Positions 37,767 through 50,477 are shown, numbered from the whole stretch's first letter. The stretch is DNA of 62,983 nt, filler included, from Globobulimina sp. (GCA_003354225.1; 55 parts of 55 records of this genome joined end to end with filler, not necessarily neighbours in it), one strand, 5' to 3'. The notes: generated by a model from the letters alone, not told the origin. A program made the numbers and translations.

Positions 37767-37866
37767 NNNNNNNNNNNNNNNNNNNNNNNNNNNNNNNNNN
37801 NNNNNNNNNNTTAATTAATTAANNNNNNNNNNNNNNNNNNNNNNNNNNNNNNNNNNNNNNNNNNNN

Positions 37867-38913
37867 GCTTTATTGCCGCACACGACACACACATCGAACG
37901 AGGGCCATAGTGGTACTCTCCACACTCCATCCGTCCATTTGTGAATCTCCTGACAGGACAAACACGTAAACTCCTTATCGTCGCTATACGCAGAGGGCAA
38001 ATTCGGTGGTTGCACCTTGTATAATTTCAACTGATGCTGCGGATTTAACAGTTTATTGTACGACTTTACCGTCGTTGAGGTGCGTATACTGCGAGAACCA
38101 GCCGAATATACACTGCTATCGGCATCAGGGTCGAAGTCAATGCCTATCAATGTCTTATAGTGTTCTTGCTTTTTATTGGCGCGGGGCCCACGCCGTGGTT
38201 TACCAATATTATCCTGGCCGAAATCACTGTCGCCAGGCAACGGCGAATGTTCGTCATCGCCGTCACGTCCACTCGCCTGCCGCTTTGCTTTTGCTTTTGT
38301 TTTAAGTTTTTTAGTGCGCTTTTTCTTGCTCTGCCCCTTCGGTAGAAACGCATCATCGATCCCCATCCCCTGGATGACCGATTTCCGTTTCTCAATTTCC
38401 TGTGCTTTATTGCGTGATTTGTGTTGTTTGGGTGGGCCAATGCTGTGATCGCTATCCATGTTGTTCACCACATCTTGTCCGTATACATTAACCCCTAATA
38501 AGTTATGATCATAATCTTGTTTATCGTCGTCCAAATCATCATCGCCGCCATTGAACGAGACCTCGATCTGCGTATCGGGGCCAACATGGCCTATCTGTGT
38601 GATGGAGGGCCGTCTGCGCGGGTTACTAATACGCGGATTATGTTGGATTTCATCCTTGGATGAATGTGAATTGTCACTATGAGACTCCTCATCATCATCT
38701 TCATCGTCACTATGATACTCCTTTTTGACTGGGAATGGATCATAGCTCGGCGTTTCCGACGCATCGTTCAATATGTTACCCAATACAGACACTTGCGGTT
38801 GATGCGGTTGCACCGTATTCAACGCTTTAAACGATTTAAACGAACGGGGCGGGAACATACGATGCGGCAAATCGCGTGGTATTAGCTGTATTAATTCCAC
38901 TTTGCGGATATTT
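37867..38913 (-). CDS. Low-complexity protein with ZZ-like zinc-finger segment (partial)
   Basis: Long open frame; FTCLSC...FDVCVVC. Confidence 0.6.
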
Positions 38914-39013
38914 NNNNNNNNNNNNNNNNNNNNNNNNNNNNNNNNNNNNNNNNNNNNTTAATTAATTAANNNNNNNNNNNNNNNNNNNNNNNNNNNNNNN
39001 NNNNNNNNNNNNN

Positions 39014-40060
39014 AGTTTCCGTGTAATGGGCGCCAACATCGTATGGATGTATCTCGGGGATGCCGCGTCTTTGCCGCCTTTAATGCGACTGCCAAACATA
39101 CCATTTGGCTGCAATAAGTTTATATTATTGCTGCCCACGTAATCCTGCGCCATGCCAATGATGGTTTGGTACAACGAGGCTTCGCCGTGATGATATGCGG
39201 ACTTTTCACTCACATAACCTCCCAATTGGGCCACACGGAGCTCTTTTTTTAAGTTATTTTTCAAGAAACAACAATATAAAATCTTCCGTTGGCCTGGCTT
39301 CAATCCATCGTAAATACTCGGCACACTGCGGCCTAAATCATTGACGGAGAACAATATCAATTCCTTGTCAATGAAATTCTTGTACGACACTTTCCGTCTG
39401 TATCGTACATGCGTGCCTTCTTCGTAATTACTGATCCAATCCTTCCGCGCATCCGCCTTATCCTTGGAAAAGGCCTTCAAGATCGCATTATCGTTCTCAT
39501 TGCCGCATTCTGCCCCGGTTTCCATACTAATGTCATTCTGTATAAAGTTGCCATGTCACTCAAGCATTTTCACTCAAAAACCTCACACTCACAAACCTTA
39601 TCCGTATAATCAAAAGCAATTCTATGCTTGGTCAAATTCTTAAAATGCTCCTTTCCATCCTTCCGCTCCCAGGATCCCAACCCTTTGTAATATTTCACCT
39701 TCCAGCCCTTGCCGTTATTATTCGCCTTCTTCCACTTCTCATACTCTGGCACCGTATAAAACGCCATCTTCCGACTCCCTTTGGTCGCCACCACAATCGG
39801 CGTAATAAACTGCTCCACAAAGGACTCGTTCCCCTGTTTCCCGAACAACTTATTATGAATCAACGACGGCCACTCGCTATGAAACAAGTTGATCATCAAA
39901 CCCTTAATATGCGAGCCGTCATAATCCTGATCTGTCATAATCATCACCTTCCCGTACCTCAACGTGTTAATCGCGTGTTTGTCCGTATACTTTACGCCAT
40001 GCTTCAGCCCCAAAATCTGTTTCAAATTCGTTATCTCCGTATTCTTATTGATTTGCCCCC
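39014..40060 (-). CDS. TOP2: Eukaryotic DNA topoisomerase II (Toprim/WHD region); intron 39538-39596
   Basis: LRYGKVMIMTDQDYDGSHIKGL, YYKGLG, DGLKPGQRK, YHHGEASL, AASPRYI (catalytic Tyr). Confidence 0.97.
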
Positions 40061-40160
40061 NNNNNNNNNNNNNNNNNNNNNNNNNNNNNNNNNNNNNNNN
40101 NNNNTTAATTAATTAANNNNNNNNNNNNNNNNNNNNNNNNNNNNNNNNNNNNNNNNNNNN

Positions 40161-40445
40161 AAACCCTCCGCCAATATGGACGAAATAAAATCAGATATGT
40201 GGGGCGCTGCTGTCGCGAGCGGAGCTATTTATGCTGCAGCGTCAAACAAAGTCAAAAAAAATATCGTAGCAGTTGTTGGCCTTGTTGAAAATATGCCATC
40301 TGGTAGCGCTTGCAAACCAGGAGACATAGTAACTTCTCTTTCTGGGCAAACTATCGAAATATTAAACACAGACGCTGAGGGGAGAGTTGTTTTAGCAGAC
40401 CTTTTGTGGCACGCTCAAAAAAGTTATAAGCCAAAAACTAAAATA
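40161..40445 (+). CDS. pepA: M17 leucyl aminopeptidase fragment, bacterial-like
   Basis: [30 protein letters not shown]; similarity stops abruptly near 40445. Confidence 0.85.
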
Positions 40446-41307
40446 ACCGACCCAAATTTCGCACACCTACTCTATATTTCCGTTTCAGCCCTCTAGGATA
40501 TAGAGTGAAAGAGGGTTTGTGCACGTCTGGCACTTGTATGTTTATAAGCAATTTCTTATGGATCTGGGCCTATTTTATGGCTTTACATATTCCTTCATAA
40601 TGCTTGAAATCCGCATTTTGTTTAATTTACCATTATTCCCTCTGGTCGTCTTTAACAAATTAAGCAAACAATGCAAAAACAACGCAAACAAAAAATTAAA
40701 AACATTAACTAATTGCATCCACATTGGCCATTTCTCCAAATATGAAATATCAAAACGATCCGTAATAATTCGCTGTAATTTTTGCTGTTTCCATGCGCTG
40801 TCTTGAATAATTGGGCCATGTTTTGTCGATTGTTTGTTTTGTTGTAAATGCGCGGTCATTAAATTAAATAAAAACTGCATATTTGTCGTACGTTACTGTA
40901 CTTATACAATTTGTCATAACTTAAATTCTAAGTACTCACACCTTCTTTTTTAAAAATTCGCGAATTTGATGTATGGTAAATGGAATATTTGTGGTATCAA
41001 ATGAAATATCATCAAAATAGTTGGCGGTAAATGTCAATGTTTGATTGTATAAATATTTGGTGGTAGTTTCAGGAGCAATATGGAGCCAAAAGTTTTGTAA
41101 ACGAATGTATTTTGATACATTGGCCTTTGTTACACGACCTTCGTTTATACCAATATCAAATTTATGTTGCATGATTTCATTTGCTTTTGATAACATTGTA
41201 TCAAATANNNNNNNNNNNNNNNNNNNNNNNNNNNNNNNNNNNNNNNNNNNNTTAATTAATTAANNNNNNNNNNNNNNNNNNNNNNNNNNNNNNNNNNNNN
41301 NNNNNNN

Positions 41308-41788
41308 AATAGCTGCTTCACCACCCATTGAATGACCCGCGATAAAAAATTTTGTGCCAATTTTATTATAAACGGGAGATGTTCGATTCTTACTTGACGC
41401 CACCAAAAAATCTAATAAATAACGTGCATCTGTAGCTAATGTAGTCGCTGATGCCAACAAACTTTCTTCCGAAGCTGGTACCGCAACCACGTATCCTTGT
41501 ATATTTTATATATTTTATTTTATATATTGTATATATTTGATTTCGTAATATACCATGCGGAACCATATTGTCATATACATAGTTGTACCATCTCACTCGA
41601 CCTTCCCAACCGTGCGTAAAGATAACCACTGGATATGGACCACCTGACATAGGAAACGATACTCCAATCGGGATCTCATGCGTCGGTCTTGCTGGATCAA
41701 AGATTGTTGTTGTCCAATTTGCATCGAATGGTCCGGAATGCACTGCTGATAATGTAGCTAATATACATAAAATGTGTTCCATTGTCAC
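41308..41788 (-). CDS. Secreted chlorophyllase/cutinase-like alpha/beta hydrolase (partial); intron 41496-41553
   Basis: Signal peptide; GPYPVVIFTHGW; spliced HGYVVAVP; IAGHSMGG nucleophile elbow. Confidence 0.78.
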
Positions 41789-42044
41789 TGTGTAAAGTTT
41801 TCTACTTACTAAATTTTACTTATTTCTAAAAACTGTATAATAATGGCTGCATGTTGACGAATTTAAATCTGACGTTCTAAACCCAATCTGGAATTACTGA
41901 TAGAACAAGGATTATATTTTTCAACAGATGGCTCTTTCCACAGAAACGGTACGATTTTGTGACCTTTTGTAAACAAAAAGGAACGAACAAGTAAACACAG
42001 TCAACACAAACGAAATCATAGTCAACAGAAACATGGTATTATTT

Positions 42045-42354
42045 ATTCGCTTCAATCTGTGCACCACTACCAAAGGTGATTGAACTTATTAATTTCTACT
42101 GATATTTATCTCTCCCACCAAAGTCTCAAATCTATCCGGAAATGACATAATAAAATCATAATGTAATATTATCTCTGATGGATCTGGCAAATAACACAGG
42201 TTCTTGTGATATATATCCAATTTGTTTGTGTACTGTGTAGCCATTTCAAATCATATTCTTTCAACTCAATTCCGTCCACGGTTATTGCGCCTGAAATTGA
42301 ACCATAAAATCTAATAATAACTGCATGTACGATGGTTGACTTACCGCCGCCTGA
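42045..42354 (-). pseudogene. Degraded ABCB nucleotide-binding domain
   Basis: GGGKSTIV, ITVDGIELKEYDLKWL, IGYISQEPVLFARSIRDNI, FETLVGE, VVHRL, with frameshifts and deletions. Confidence 0.8.
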
Positions 42355-42684
42355 NNNNNNNNNNNNNNNNNNNNNNNNNNNNNNNNNNNNNNNNNNNNTT
42401 AATTAATTAANNNNNNNNNNNNNNNNNNNNNNNNNNNNNNNNNNNNNNNNNNNNATAGTTACAAATTAGTCCCCTATAACACAACAGTAAACATACAACA
42501 TTCCCCTAAAATACAATAGACAATGTTCAGTCTCCCAAAGTAAAATAGGTGTGGGGCGTCAGGTTTTAAGCAGGTGTGTCAATTTTGAGTCCCCCCGATT
42601 CTGAAAACTACTGGATTTAGCGATAGTGCCATAAGTAACTAAGTACCTATTATTAATAAAAGTATTAGTTGACAATATTTTCAG

Positions 42685-43064
42685 ACAAATCCGTTGGCAC
42701 ATTGATACGTTTGTGCGACAAATATCAATGCAAGCAGCTCAGAAAATGGCTCGAAAAATATACAAGAGAAAACGCAGTGGGAATAAAGGGAGATTTGGTA
42801 GCTGACTGGTTCACGAGCTCATTTTTGCACCAAATGCCAAAAGAAATAACGGATTTGCTAATGACTTACGCCGCTTGTCTCCCCTTAGAATGTTTACAAA
42901 AGCAACGTGATCGCATGGGAGTGGAAATGTATATCAAATTGCTGGAGGCAAAATATCAGCTCGCCATGAAACATATACCTGAACCCGACTATGAATGCTT
43001 GTGCGGAGGGGATTGGTGTTTCTGCCACATGGAGGACTACAGTAACATATTTGAGATAGAATAG
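42685..43064 (+). CDS. Terminal exon of a BTB/POZ-like protein
   Basis: Acceptor ttttcag; LIRLCDKYQCKQLRKWLE resembles the final BTB helices. Confidence 0.5.
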
Positions 43065-44921
43065 CGCTTGATTGTTGTTAAATAACGTTGTCATGTATGC
43101 ATGTTTGTTGAAATGTTGTAGATAGGGTTGATTTGTTCGCAGTGATTTGATCTCGCCCATTTTTTTCTAAATAAAGTAAAAACATATCTATATTACCGTA
43201 AACGACTCCTACACTTTGGACACCTACACCTACAGACACCTAGGCTCACACCACAAAGAAGGTTAAATCAAATGTACCTACTTATTTGAGAACATATAAG
43301 TCCCTAAGTGTCAGCAACAGAAATAATCATATGGGAATAAATCTACAATTTCTAAGAAATTGTTATGTCAACTGAGAAACGCTCAAGGACAACTTGTTGG
43401 TCCAGTAAACCAAAGACATGGAAGCAGTTTTTTAGGAGCAACATTTTCGAGTCCTATTTGTCCTATTACCTACTAACATCATACAGCATAGGTGTAGTTG
43501 GNNNNNNNNNNNNNNNNNNNNNNNNNNNNNNNNNNNNNNNNNNNNTTAATTAATTAANNNNNNNNNNNNNNNNNNNNNNNNNNNNNNNNNNNNNNNNNNN
43601 NTGATAAAGTTACAATTCTGCCCTGGACATTTATTACTGTACATACATTATCCATTTCTGTTTTAACAGATTCTGATAACAGTTTTACTGATGTACTTAG
43701 TAAATTTAATGTATATGGTACTGTACATACATACCTAGGCATATTATATAAACTCTCAGTATCCCTACCATCATAATACATACCTTTTTGAACAATTGGG
43801 GTATTTCTGGACTGTTTGGCTGTCTCACCATAACCAATTTGACCTGTACCAACAAATAGTCCATCATTTTGTCCATCCAAACTGTCACAATCGGGCGTCG
43901 TTTCCAAGGCGCCAGCGCCGTTTCCATTACATACATTTGGTACCAGTTTTACCCTAAAATTGCTTATTAAGACACAATTATTTACACAATATATATGATT
44001 AATGTTTACCATACTTTTACTACTTACTATACCTTTCTTGTTTCGCCCTGATAGAAAAAATAACACTTCTTGTCTGCCATTTTGGTCCTTGTCTTGTTCA
44101 TTCATATTCAAATCTTCTTGATATTCAATTCTGTTCTGAAATAGCGAAAATACAGTAATAATACCATAAAATATGAATATTTATAATATAAAATACTCAA
44201 AGACAAAGATTGCTTTCGAATTCCTTTTTTGATCAATAGTCCTGTCGGTGACTGAACTATCGTCCTTCTGGAAAGCAATAATATGGTGGAATATATGGCT
44301 ACGATAGGTATTAGCAAGAGGCGATCGCTGCCACCACTGATATGCCCTATTGTGCTATGCAATATCAATGAACAAATGTGGACGATCTCATCATACAAGC
44401 TGAATAGTATTATTAGTGTTTATTATAATATAAAATAGTAGGCCACTAAACAGCACGTACGGGAATAAGAATGAACGTTATATAAACCAGCAGCAAGCTC
44501 AAGTCAAGTTAAGATATCGATCTGTCGAGAAGCGACAGCAGAGACATGTCTAACGGTCTAGAAACAAAACAAACAGCAAAACCGGTCCTGGCATTTACCA
44601 AGCATGTTGTATGCACGACAGCGCAGTATAGAGATGTTAAAAACCAANNNNNNNNNNNNNNNNNNNNNNNNNNNNNNNNNNNNNNNNNNNNTTAATTAAT
44701 TAANNNNNNNNNNNNNNNNNNNNNNNNNNNNNNNNNNNNNNNNNNNNAAAAATACAATTAACAATGTACCCACTAATCAATGGTGAAGAAATGATTCTTT
44801 TCTCTTGCAATGAGTTAAAGGAAGGAGTATGTGTTAGTAAGGATGATATTGATAGTGGTCGTATGAGTCGAGATCGAGTATGTGAATACTTAGCTAAAGT
44901 TATACTTGAGAAAGAAGGAGA

Positions 44922-45149
44922 ATGATTATGAATGAATATTGCCGTAATGTCAGCAAGTCTGTTGTAGCGACTGGTTGTAAAGGTAAGCTGATAAAGTGTG
45001 CTGCTGCTTTGCTCTGTGATCGGTTGAGTGATATTGATGAAGATTACCCGAAGCGATTTCCAAAACATGTTTTGCATACAATAGAAGAGCATAACGAGCG
45101 GTTGCGGCTAATTGCTATTGAATTACGTCAAATTGCTGATGCCGTATAA
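44922..45149 (+). CDS. Small hypothetical protein (cassette 1)
   Basis: Shine-Dalgarno AAGGAG; stop TAA within GTATAAC. Confidence 0.7.
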   Translation: MIMNEYCRNVSKSVVATGCKGKLIKCAAALLCDRLSDIDEDYPKRFPKHVLHTIEEHNERLRLIAIELRQIADAV

Positions 45150-45248
45150 CGCTTTTAATAAGCTGACCGCCACTGAACTTGAAGAGAAAAACACATAACC
45201 TCTCCGGTTCAGCTTAATTATCTTATCATGTGATTTGGAGGCAATAAG

Positions 45249-45521
45249 GTGCTACCTTACGGAATTAAAAAACATATGTCAGGAATACATCCCCATAATG
45301 AGTGCGGTATCTGTTGTGGTAAACCGCCTTTAACCAAAACCCCGGCAAGAGCCAAGAATAAAAAAATTGCAGAAGCAGAATTAAATGACTTCCTCCAAGG
45401 CGAGGATCTTACCTGTAAGGATTGCGCTCATATTGATTTTGACGTAATCACAGAGAAAGATTTTTGTCAATTCAGCAAAGAGTTAAAACCATGTTCAAAA
45501 TACCATTATTTTGATTACTGA
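45249..45521 (+). CDS. Small Cys-rich hypothetical protein (cassette 2)
   Basis: Shine-Dalgarno GGAGG then GTG; CxxC pairs. Confidence 0.7.
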   Translation: MLPYGIKKHMSGIHPHNECGICCGKPPLTKTPARAKNKKIAEAELNDFLQGEDLTCKDCAHIDFDVITEKDFCQFSKELKPCSKYHYFDY

Positions 45522-45593
45522 CGGCCTAATAAATGGCGGGCGGTTTTTCCGTCCAATTAATTTACTTGTTCTCTTTTTATTTGAGGCCTGAAT

Positions 45594-45776
45594 ATGGAAA
45601 ATACAGAGAAGCACACAGAAACAATAGTGTGTCCATCTTGCTCGAAGATACAGGCAGCAGAAGTATTACACACCTTGCCGTGGGATTCTTACGTGCATGA
45701 ATGCGAAAGGTGTAACTATATCATAATGGAAAGCGAGTGGGAAGTTATTGCGAGCGGGTGTGAAAATAAAAAATAG
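45594..45776 (+). CDS. Small zinc-ribbon protein (cassette 3)
   Basis: Shine-Dalgarno GAGG; CPSC...CERC. Confidence 0.72.
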   Translation: MENTEKHTETIVCPSCSKIQAAEVLHTLPWDSYVHECERCNYIIMESEWEVIASGCENKK

Positions 45777-46108
45777 AACGCCAGCCTTAACTTNNNNNNN
45801 NNNNNNNNNNNNNNNNNNNNNNNNNNNNNNNNNNNNNTTAATTAATTAANNNNNNNNNNNNNNNNNNNNNNNNNNNNNNNNNNNNNNNNNNNNATCCCCT
45901 TTAAAAAAAAAAAAAAAAAAGTGGTCATATTGAAAAAGTGGTCATAGCGTCTGCATCTTATCCGATACACCACTGTACTTCAACCAATGCTTGCCGTTGT
46001 TGTAGCGGTAGCCGTCGCTGATGCCACTGCAGAGGAGATCTTGCTCGATGTCATTGAGCTCCTGTATAGACTGAATCAAGCGCAACAAAAAAGATTAAAT
46101 AAAATAAA

Positions 46109-46939
46109 TTAGAAGTGTTTCTTAAAGCACTTTTTCAAAATCACATCCAGCGCTGGTTCACAAACCGTCGCTGCATTGTCCATCTGGACATCTTCGATAT
46201 CTGTTTGGAACTTCTTTAAGTCGAAGCGCGACAAAGCATCCGCAGTAAGGTTATCCTTACCTTTGATGTGGATGATGAACGGATGAAATCCGTTCTGGTT
46301 CGCGCAGTCCGCGATGATTCTTATCAGCCACATAACGTCATCTCTCTCGAAGCTGCAGCTGCGCTTGGCGATGCTGTAGACGCATGCCTCGTTGTCGCAC
46401 CAAAAGGTCACGGCCTTACCGGACCAATTCTTGCCCCAGATCAGGCAGGCTGTGGCAATCGCGCACATTTCCTTCCAAAATATATCTGGCTTCTTCGGAT
46501 CTCTGAAGAATGCCTTGTTGACATGGTCGGTCCAGCGGAACCGGAACCAGTTCCCGTTCTTATTCCATCCTCCCATGCCTATGCCGGTTGACGCGTCGGT
46601 GAGCACATGAATGTCTCCTCTATCTCTTGCGCGCAAAATATCGACAAATTTGATGCCGCGCGAGCCCAATAGGATCTGGTTCCTCCACCAAATCAGGTCC
46701 TTGCGAAATTTGTAAACATCCACGTGATGCTTCAGGTAAGGAACCTTGGCCGCTACCTTCTCCATTCTTCTCACGAAGGCTGGTCCTGCATAGATGCAGA
46801 CCGAAGCCCAGCGGAGCTTGCCTACCAGGGATAGCAACTCCTTCTTTAGGACGCTCTTCCTGCCGAGGAAGTCGTCAATCTCGTCCAACATCACGCGCAG
46901 CTTGATTTCGGGGATGAAGACCATTTGTCTGACGGTGTC
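46109..46939 (-). mobile_element. DIRS/Ngaro-type retrotransposon RT-connection + RNase H
   Basis: LLSLVGKLRW, TDASTGIGMGG, EMCAI, WCDNEA, DNLTADALSR. Confidence 0.88.
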
Positions 46940-47039
46940 NNNNNNNNNNNNNNNNNNNNNNNNNNNNNNNNNNNNNNNNNNNNTTAATTAATTAANNNNN
47001 NNNNNNNNNNNNNNNNNNNNNNNNNNNNNNNNNNNNNNN

Positions 47040-48085
47040 TCAATTGGTGAACCCGTTGCATTTCCAGTTGGATTGCTAAACATGGTCAATGGTTATTGCT
47101 TCGCGTCAGTTAATGCCATTGCAGCGTGTGGTTATTTACGATCATTTGTTGAAACCTTATCGTCAGATCTCAATGAACAAGAATTAGGAAATTCAGTTTG
47201 GTTTGGAATGGAATTTTCAGACACAAGTATGGTGTCTATTAATATTGTCGCACCTTTGCTTGTGTTGTTATTTACTTTGTTGATATTATGTGATATAAAA
47301 ATTGGTGCGACGACAATGAATATGATAACAATATGGAATGTCTTATTGTTGCTATTATTCACTGCATCATGCTTATTGATGTGGAATGGTGAATATATCA
47401 GAAATCCATGTGATTACAATCAAGTTTATTCGAATGAATCCTGTCCGTCGGATTCAAATAATTCATGGCTTCCATTTGGATTTGCGGGTGTTATGCAAGC
47501 ATCGCCCATTGCTTTTTGGGCAATCCTCGGTTCTGAACGAGCGGCCCTTGTGGCGGAAGAAAGCATCAATCCGACCAGAGATATTCCGCGAGCTATGTAT
47601 GTAACTTTGTTGCTGGTGTTTGTTTTGTATGAAATGATCCTGCTCGGTTTGTATTGTACTATTATATTTTGATAAAAACATGGCGCATTTTATTTTTTCA
47701 TGCAGGTTTATTTGGAATGGTTCCTTTTTTTAGCTTGGATGAAATAGCTCCTTTGTCGGAAGCCTTCGCAGTTCACAACGAAATAACTTTACAACGGATA
47801 TGTATGCTCCATTGCTGTACATGTCAAATAGTGTCGATATTAATATCCTAAAATAATGTGCATGTACAATAGGTGCGTTTGGTGCTTTTAGTACATTGAG
47901 CATAAATCTATTTGGAACGATTATTGGTGGATCGCGAGTGCCGTATAGGATGAGTTTAGATGGACTATTACCTGCTTTTTTGAATAAAGTTCATCATGAG
48001 ACAAGAACCCCATTTACCTCTGTTTTATTCTATGGAACTGCATCGTTATTTATATCAATGTTTGTCGATTTAAGTGATATATTAT
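47040..48085 (+). CDS. APC-superfamily (cationic amino acid-type) permease, partial, with two introns
   Basis: PFGFAGVMQAS..FWAILGSE...AEESINPTRDIPRA; SRVPYRMSLDGLLP..L.KVH..TRTP. Confidence 0.9.
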
Positions 48086-48185
48086 NNNNNNNNNNNNNNN
48101 NNNNNNNNNNNNNNNNNNNNNNNNNNNNNTTAATTAATTAANNNNNNNNNNNNNNNNNNNNNNNNNNNNNNNNNNNNNNNNNNNN

Positions 48186-49231
48186 TACATTCAAATCTTT
48201 CAATTCCACTGCGCGCGCACAGCCAATTCGCAATAACATGGAATATTGATCATTATAATGACTATGCGATACCACTCGTAATGGATCGCGAAATATATCC
48301 TTACAAAACTTTGTAGCCAGCTTCGAATCCGACGCATTTTTATTCGTTTGGGTGTTGGCCGCATTTTGCTCCGTAACTGACAGTAATAATGCTTGTAAAT
48401 GGTACATGTCGGCAGTTTTAAATAAATCGCAACGTGTTGTGGTTGGAATAGTGGCCGATTTCAATGGGTTTACTCCTAAATTCAATTCCCATTCGCTCAG
48501 ATTTTCCGCGGCTTTCTGCATTTCTCCACGGTCAAAATTGGACAATGACTCAATATAATCAACATTATACCCTCTGATTTCAGACAAGCGATCTAAATTA
48601 TTCTCAAATGTTTTCCTTAATAATCGATATAAAGCATCGTAACTCGACCAATCCTGTGCATCAATACAACATTTTAAGCCCAAATGGGCGATATTATTTA
48701 AAAAGGTCTTGGTGAAAAATGTGAATTCCTCCTCCTCTTTGTCACTATTTGTATCTTCTTGGTCTTTTTTCTCCTCTTCGACGTCATCAATGACCACATC
48801 ATTAATATGTTGCGCCTCAATAATATGCGCTTCTATAAATCTGAAAAATAATTTCATAGCATTTTCAACATTGCCTTTGGCGCTCTCAATCATAGCGTCC
48901 AGCCAAACAAAATCAAAATATGTTGATATTTGCTGTAATCTATTTATTTTAGCCTACGGCCTGATGAATATTGGCGACGTGCCGGGTTTGATTGGAATTC
49001 GGCAATATTTCCATCGCCAAATAAATGATGCGGAGCAAACTCGAATTAGTAAATGGGAAAAACAACGCACTCCAAAATCGGCACAAAAGGTGGAGGGAAC
49101 CACTGTCATTTCAGAGGAGGATATGGAGCAAATATTGGAGAAGAAAGTTGAGACTGATTATGACTTAAATACATTACAGCAAATATCAACATATTTTGAT
49201 TTTGTTTGGCTGGACGCTATGATTGAGAGCG
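48186..49231. other. Fold-back chimeric contig carrying two halves of one hypothetical gene
   Basis: 59-nt inverted repeat 48881-48939 / 49173-49231; the + strand peptide ...WLDAMIES continues on the - strand as AMIESAKGNV. Confidence 0.85.
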
Positions 49232-49410
49232 NNNNNNNNNNNNNNNNNNNNNNNNNNNNNNNNNNNNNNNNNNNNTTAATTAATTAANNNNNNNNNNNNN
49301 NNNNNNNNNNNNNNNNNNNNNNNNNNNNNNNTGTCTTGCGGATTTTAGAGAACACAGCTCCCATGTTCACAGTGAAAGTTTTTGTTCAAAAATTTTATAT
49401 TTTGTGATCA

Positions 49411-50377
49411 TGGCCAGTGAAGAGAAAGTAGACAGACCATTGGTGATATTTCAAATTGGAACATTCCCATGGAATGCGGACGATGAACCCACCTCTGGCT
49501 CAGGCATTTTGCATGAAGCGCATCATCGCACAATCAATGAGATGAATGGATACAAGTCGTATTCAGTGTGGCCATCAATCAAACAAAAGAACGCAAATTT
49601 ATCCTCTAAAGACAGTGATGATGTTCGTATTTATGAGGTCACCAACTTCCCGCGTTTTTATGCTGAGCCAAAATATTCAACGGTGCCAACAGATGTTTTA
49701 GCGCAATATATTGGCAGTTTGGAAGGATTAATCTATGATTTTATGCTTGAAATTGAAAAAAAAGAAGCGAATGGCATCGATTTAATTCTTTGCCACCATC
49801 CGTTCTGGAATGTTATTATGGTATCAAATGTAATGAAAAAGCGAAAGAAAGAAAACCTGAATATTCCACTCATCGCTTCATTTATTCATGGCTCAGTATT
49901 GAAAATATACGAATATGAATTGGATAAGAAAAATAGTGATTATCCATCCTCATTTTATCATCAAATGACTGACTTGAAATTATTTGAGTCAAATACAGCC
50001 ATCACAGGAAATATTGATTTTATTTATAGCATATCAACAGATCCAACAAATCTCTTTTTGAAACTGTTCCCAAAATTCAAACCAAAACATGTGATTTATT
50101 GTACTCCTGGCTATAATCCGTTATTTGAGAGAGTCAACAAATCTGATTTGAATTCGAAATTGAACCCAGTGCTCAATGAATTGAAATTAAAACATATTTC
50201 TGTTCGCGATAATGATGAAAAGGATGAAAAGGATGAAAAGGAACAATTGGGCTCTTTTTATGTTGGATGTGACAAAGAATATAAATATTTGGTGATATTT
50301 GCCGGTTCTTTAGTTGGTGTAAAACGGGTCAATGTTTTACTTTACGCAGCAAGTCTTTATGAAAAACAATTTGGCGA
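49411..50377 (+). CDS. GT4 / GT-B glycosyltransferase (partial)
   Basis: SGSG, LILCHH, FIHGS, VIFAGSLVGVKRVNVLLYAA. Confidence 0.72.
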
Positions 50378-50477
50378 NNNNNNNNNNNNNNNNNNNNNNN
50401 NNNNNNNNNNNNNNNNNNNNNTTAATTAATTAANNNNNNNNNNNNNNNNNNNNNNNNNNNNNNNNNNNNNNNNNNNN

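Larger units (their letters stand above)
44899..45793 (+). mobile_element. Integron-like gene-cassette array (three cassettes; no integrase on this contig)
   Basis: attC-like sites at 45144-45231, 45516-45574 and 45773-(truncated); each ORF stop lies inside the inverse core site. Confidence 0.72.

Noticed and set aside
39409-40112. Plus-strand ORFs overlapping TOP2, and similar antisense ORFs elsewhere
   Set aside because: Shadow ORFs of well-supported genes on the opposite strand
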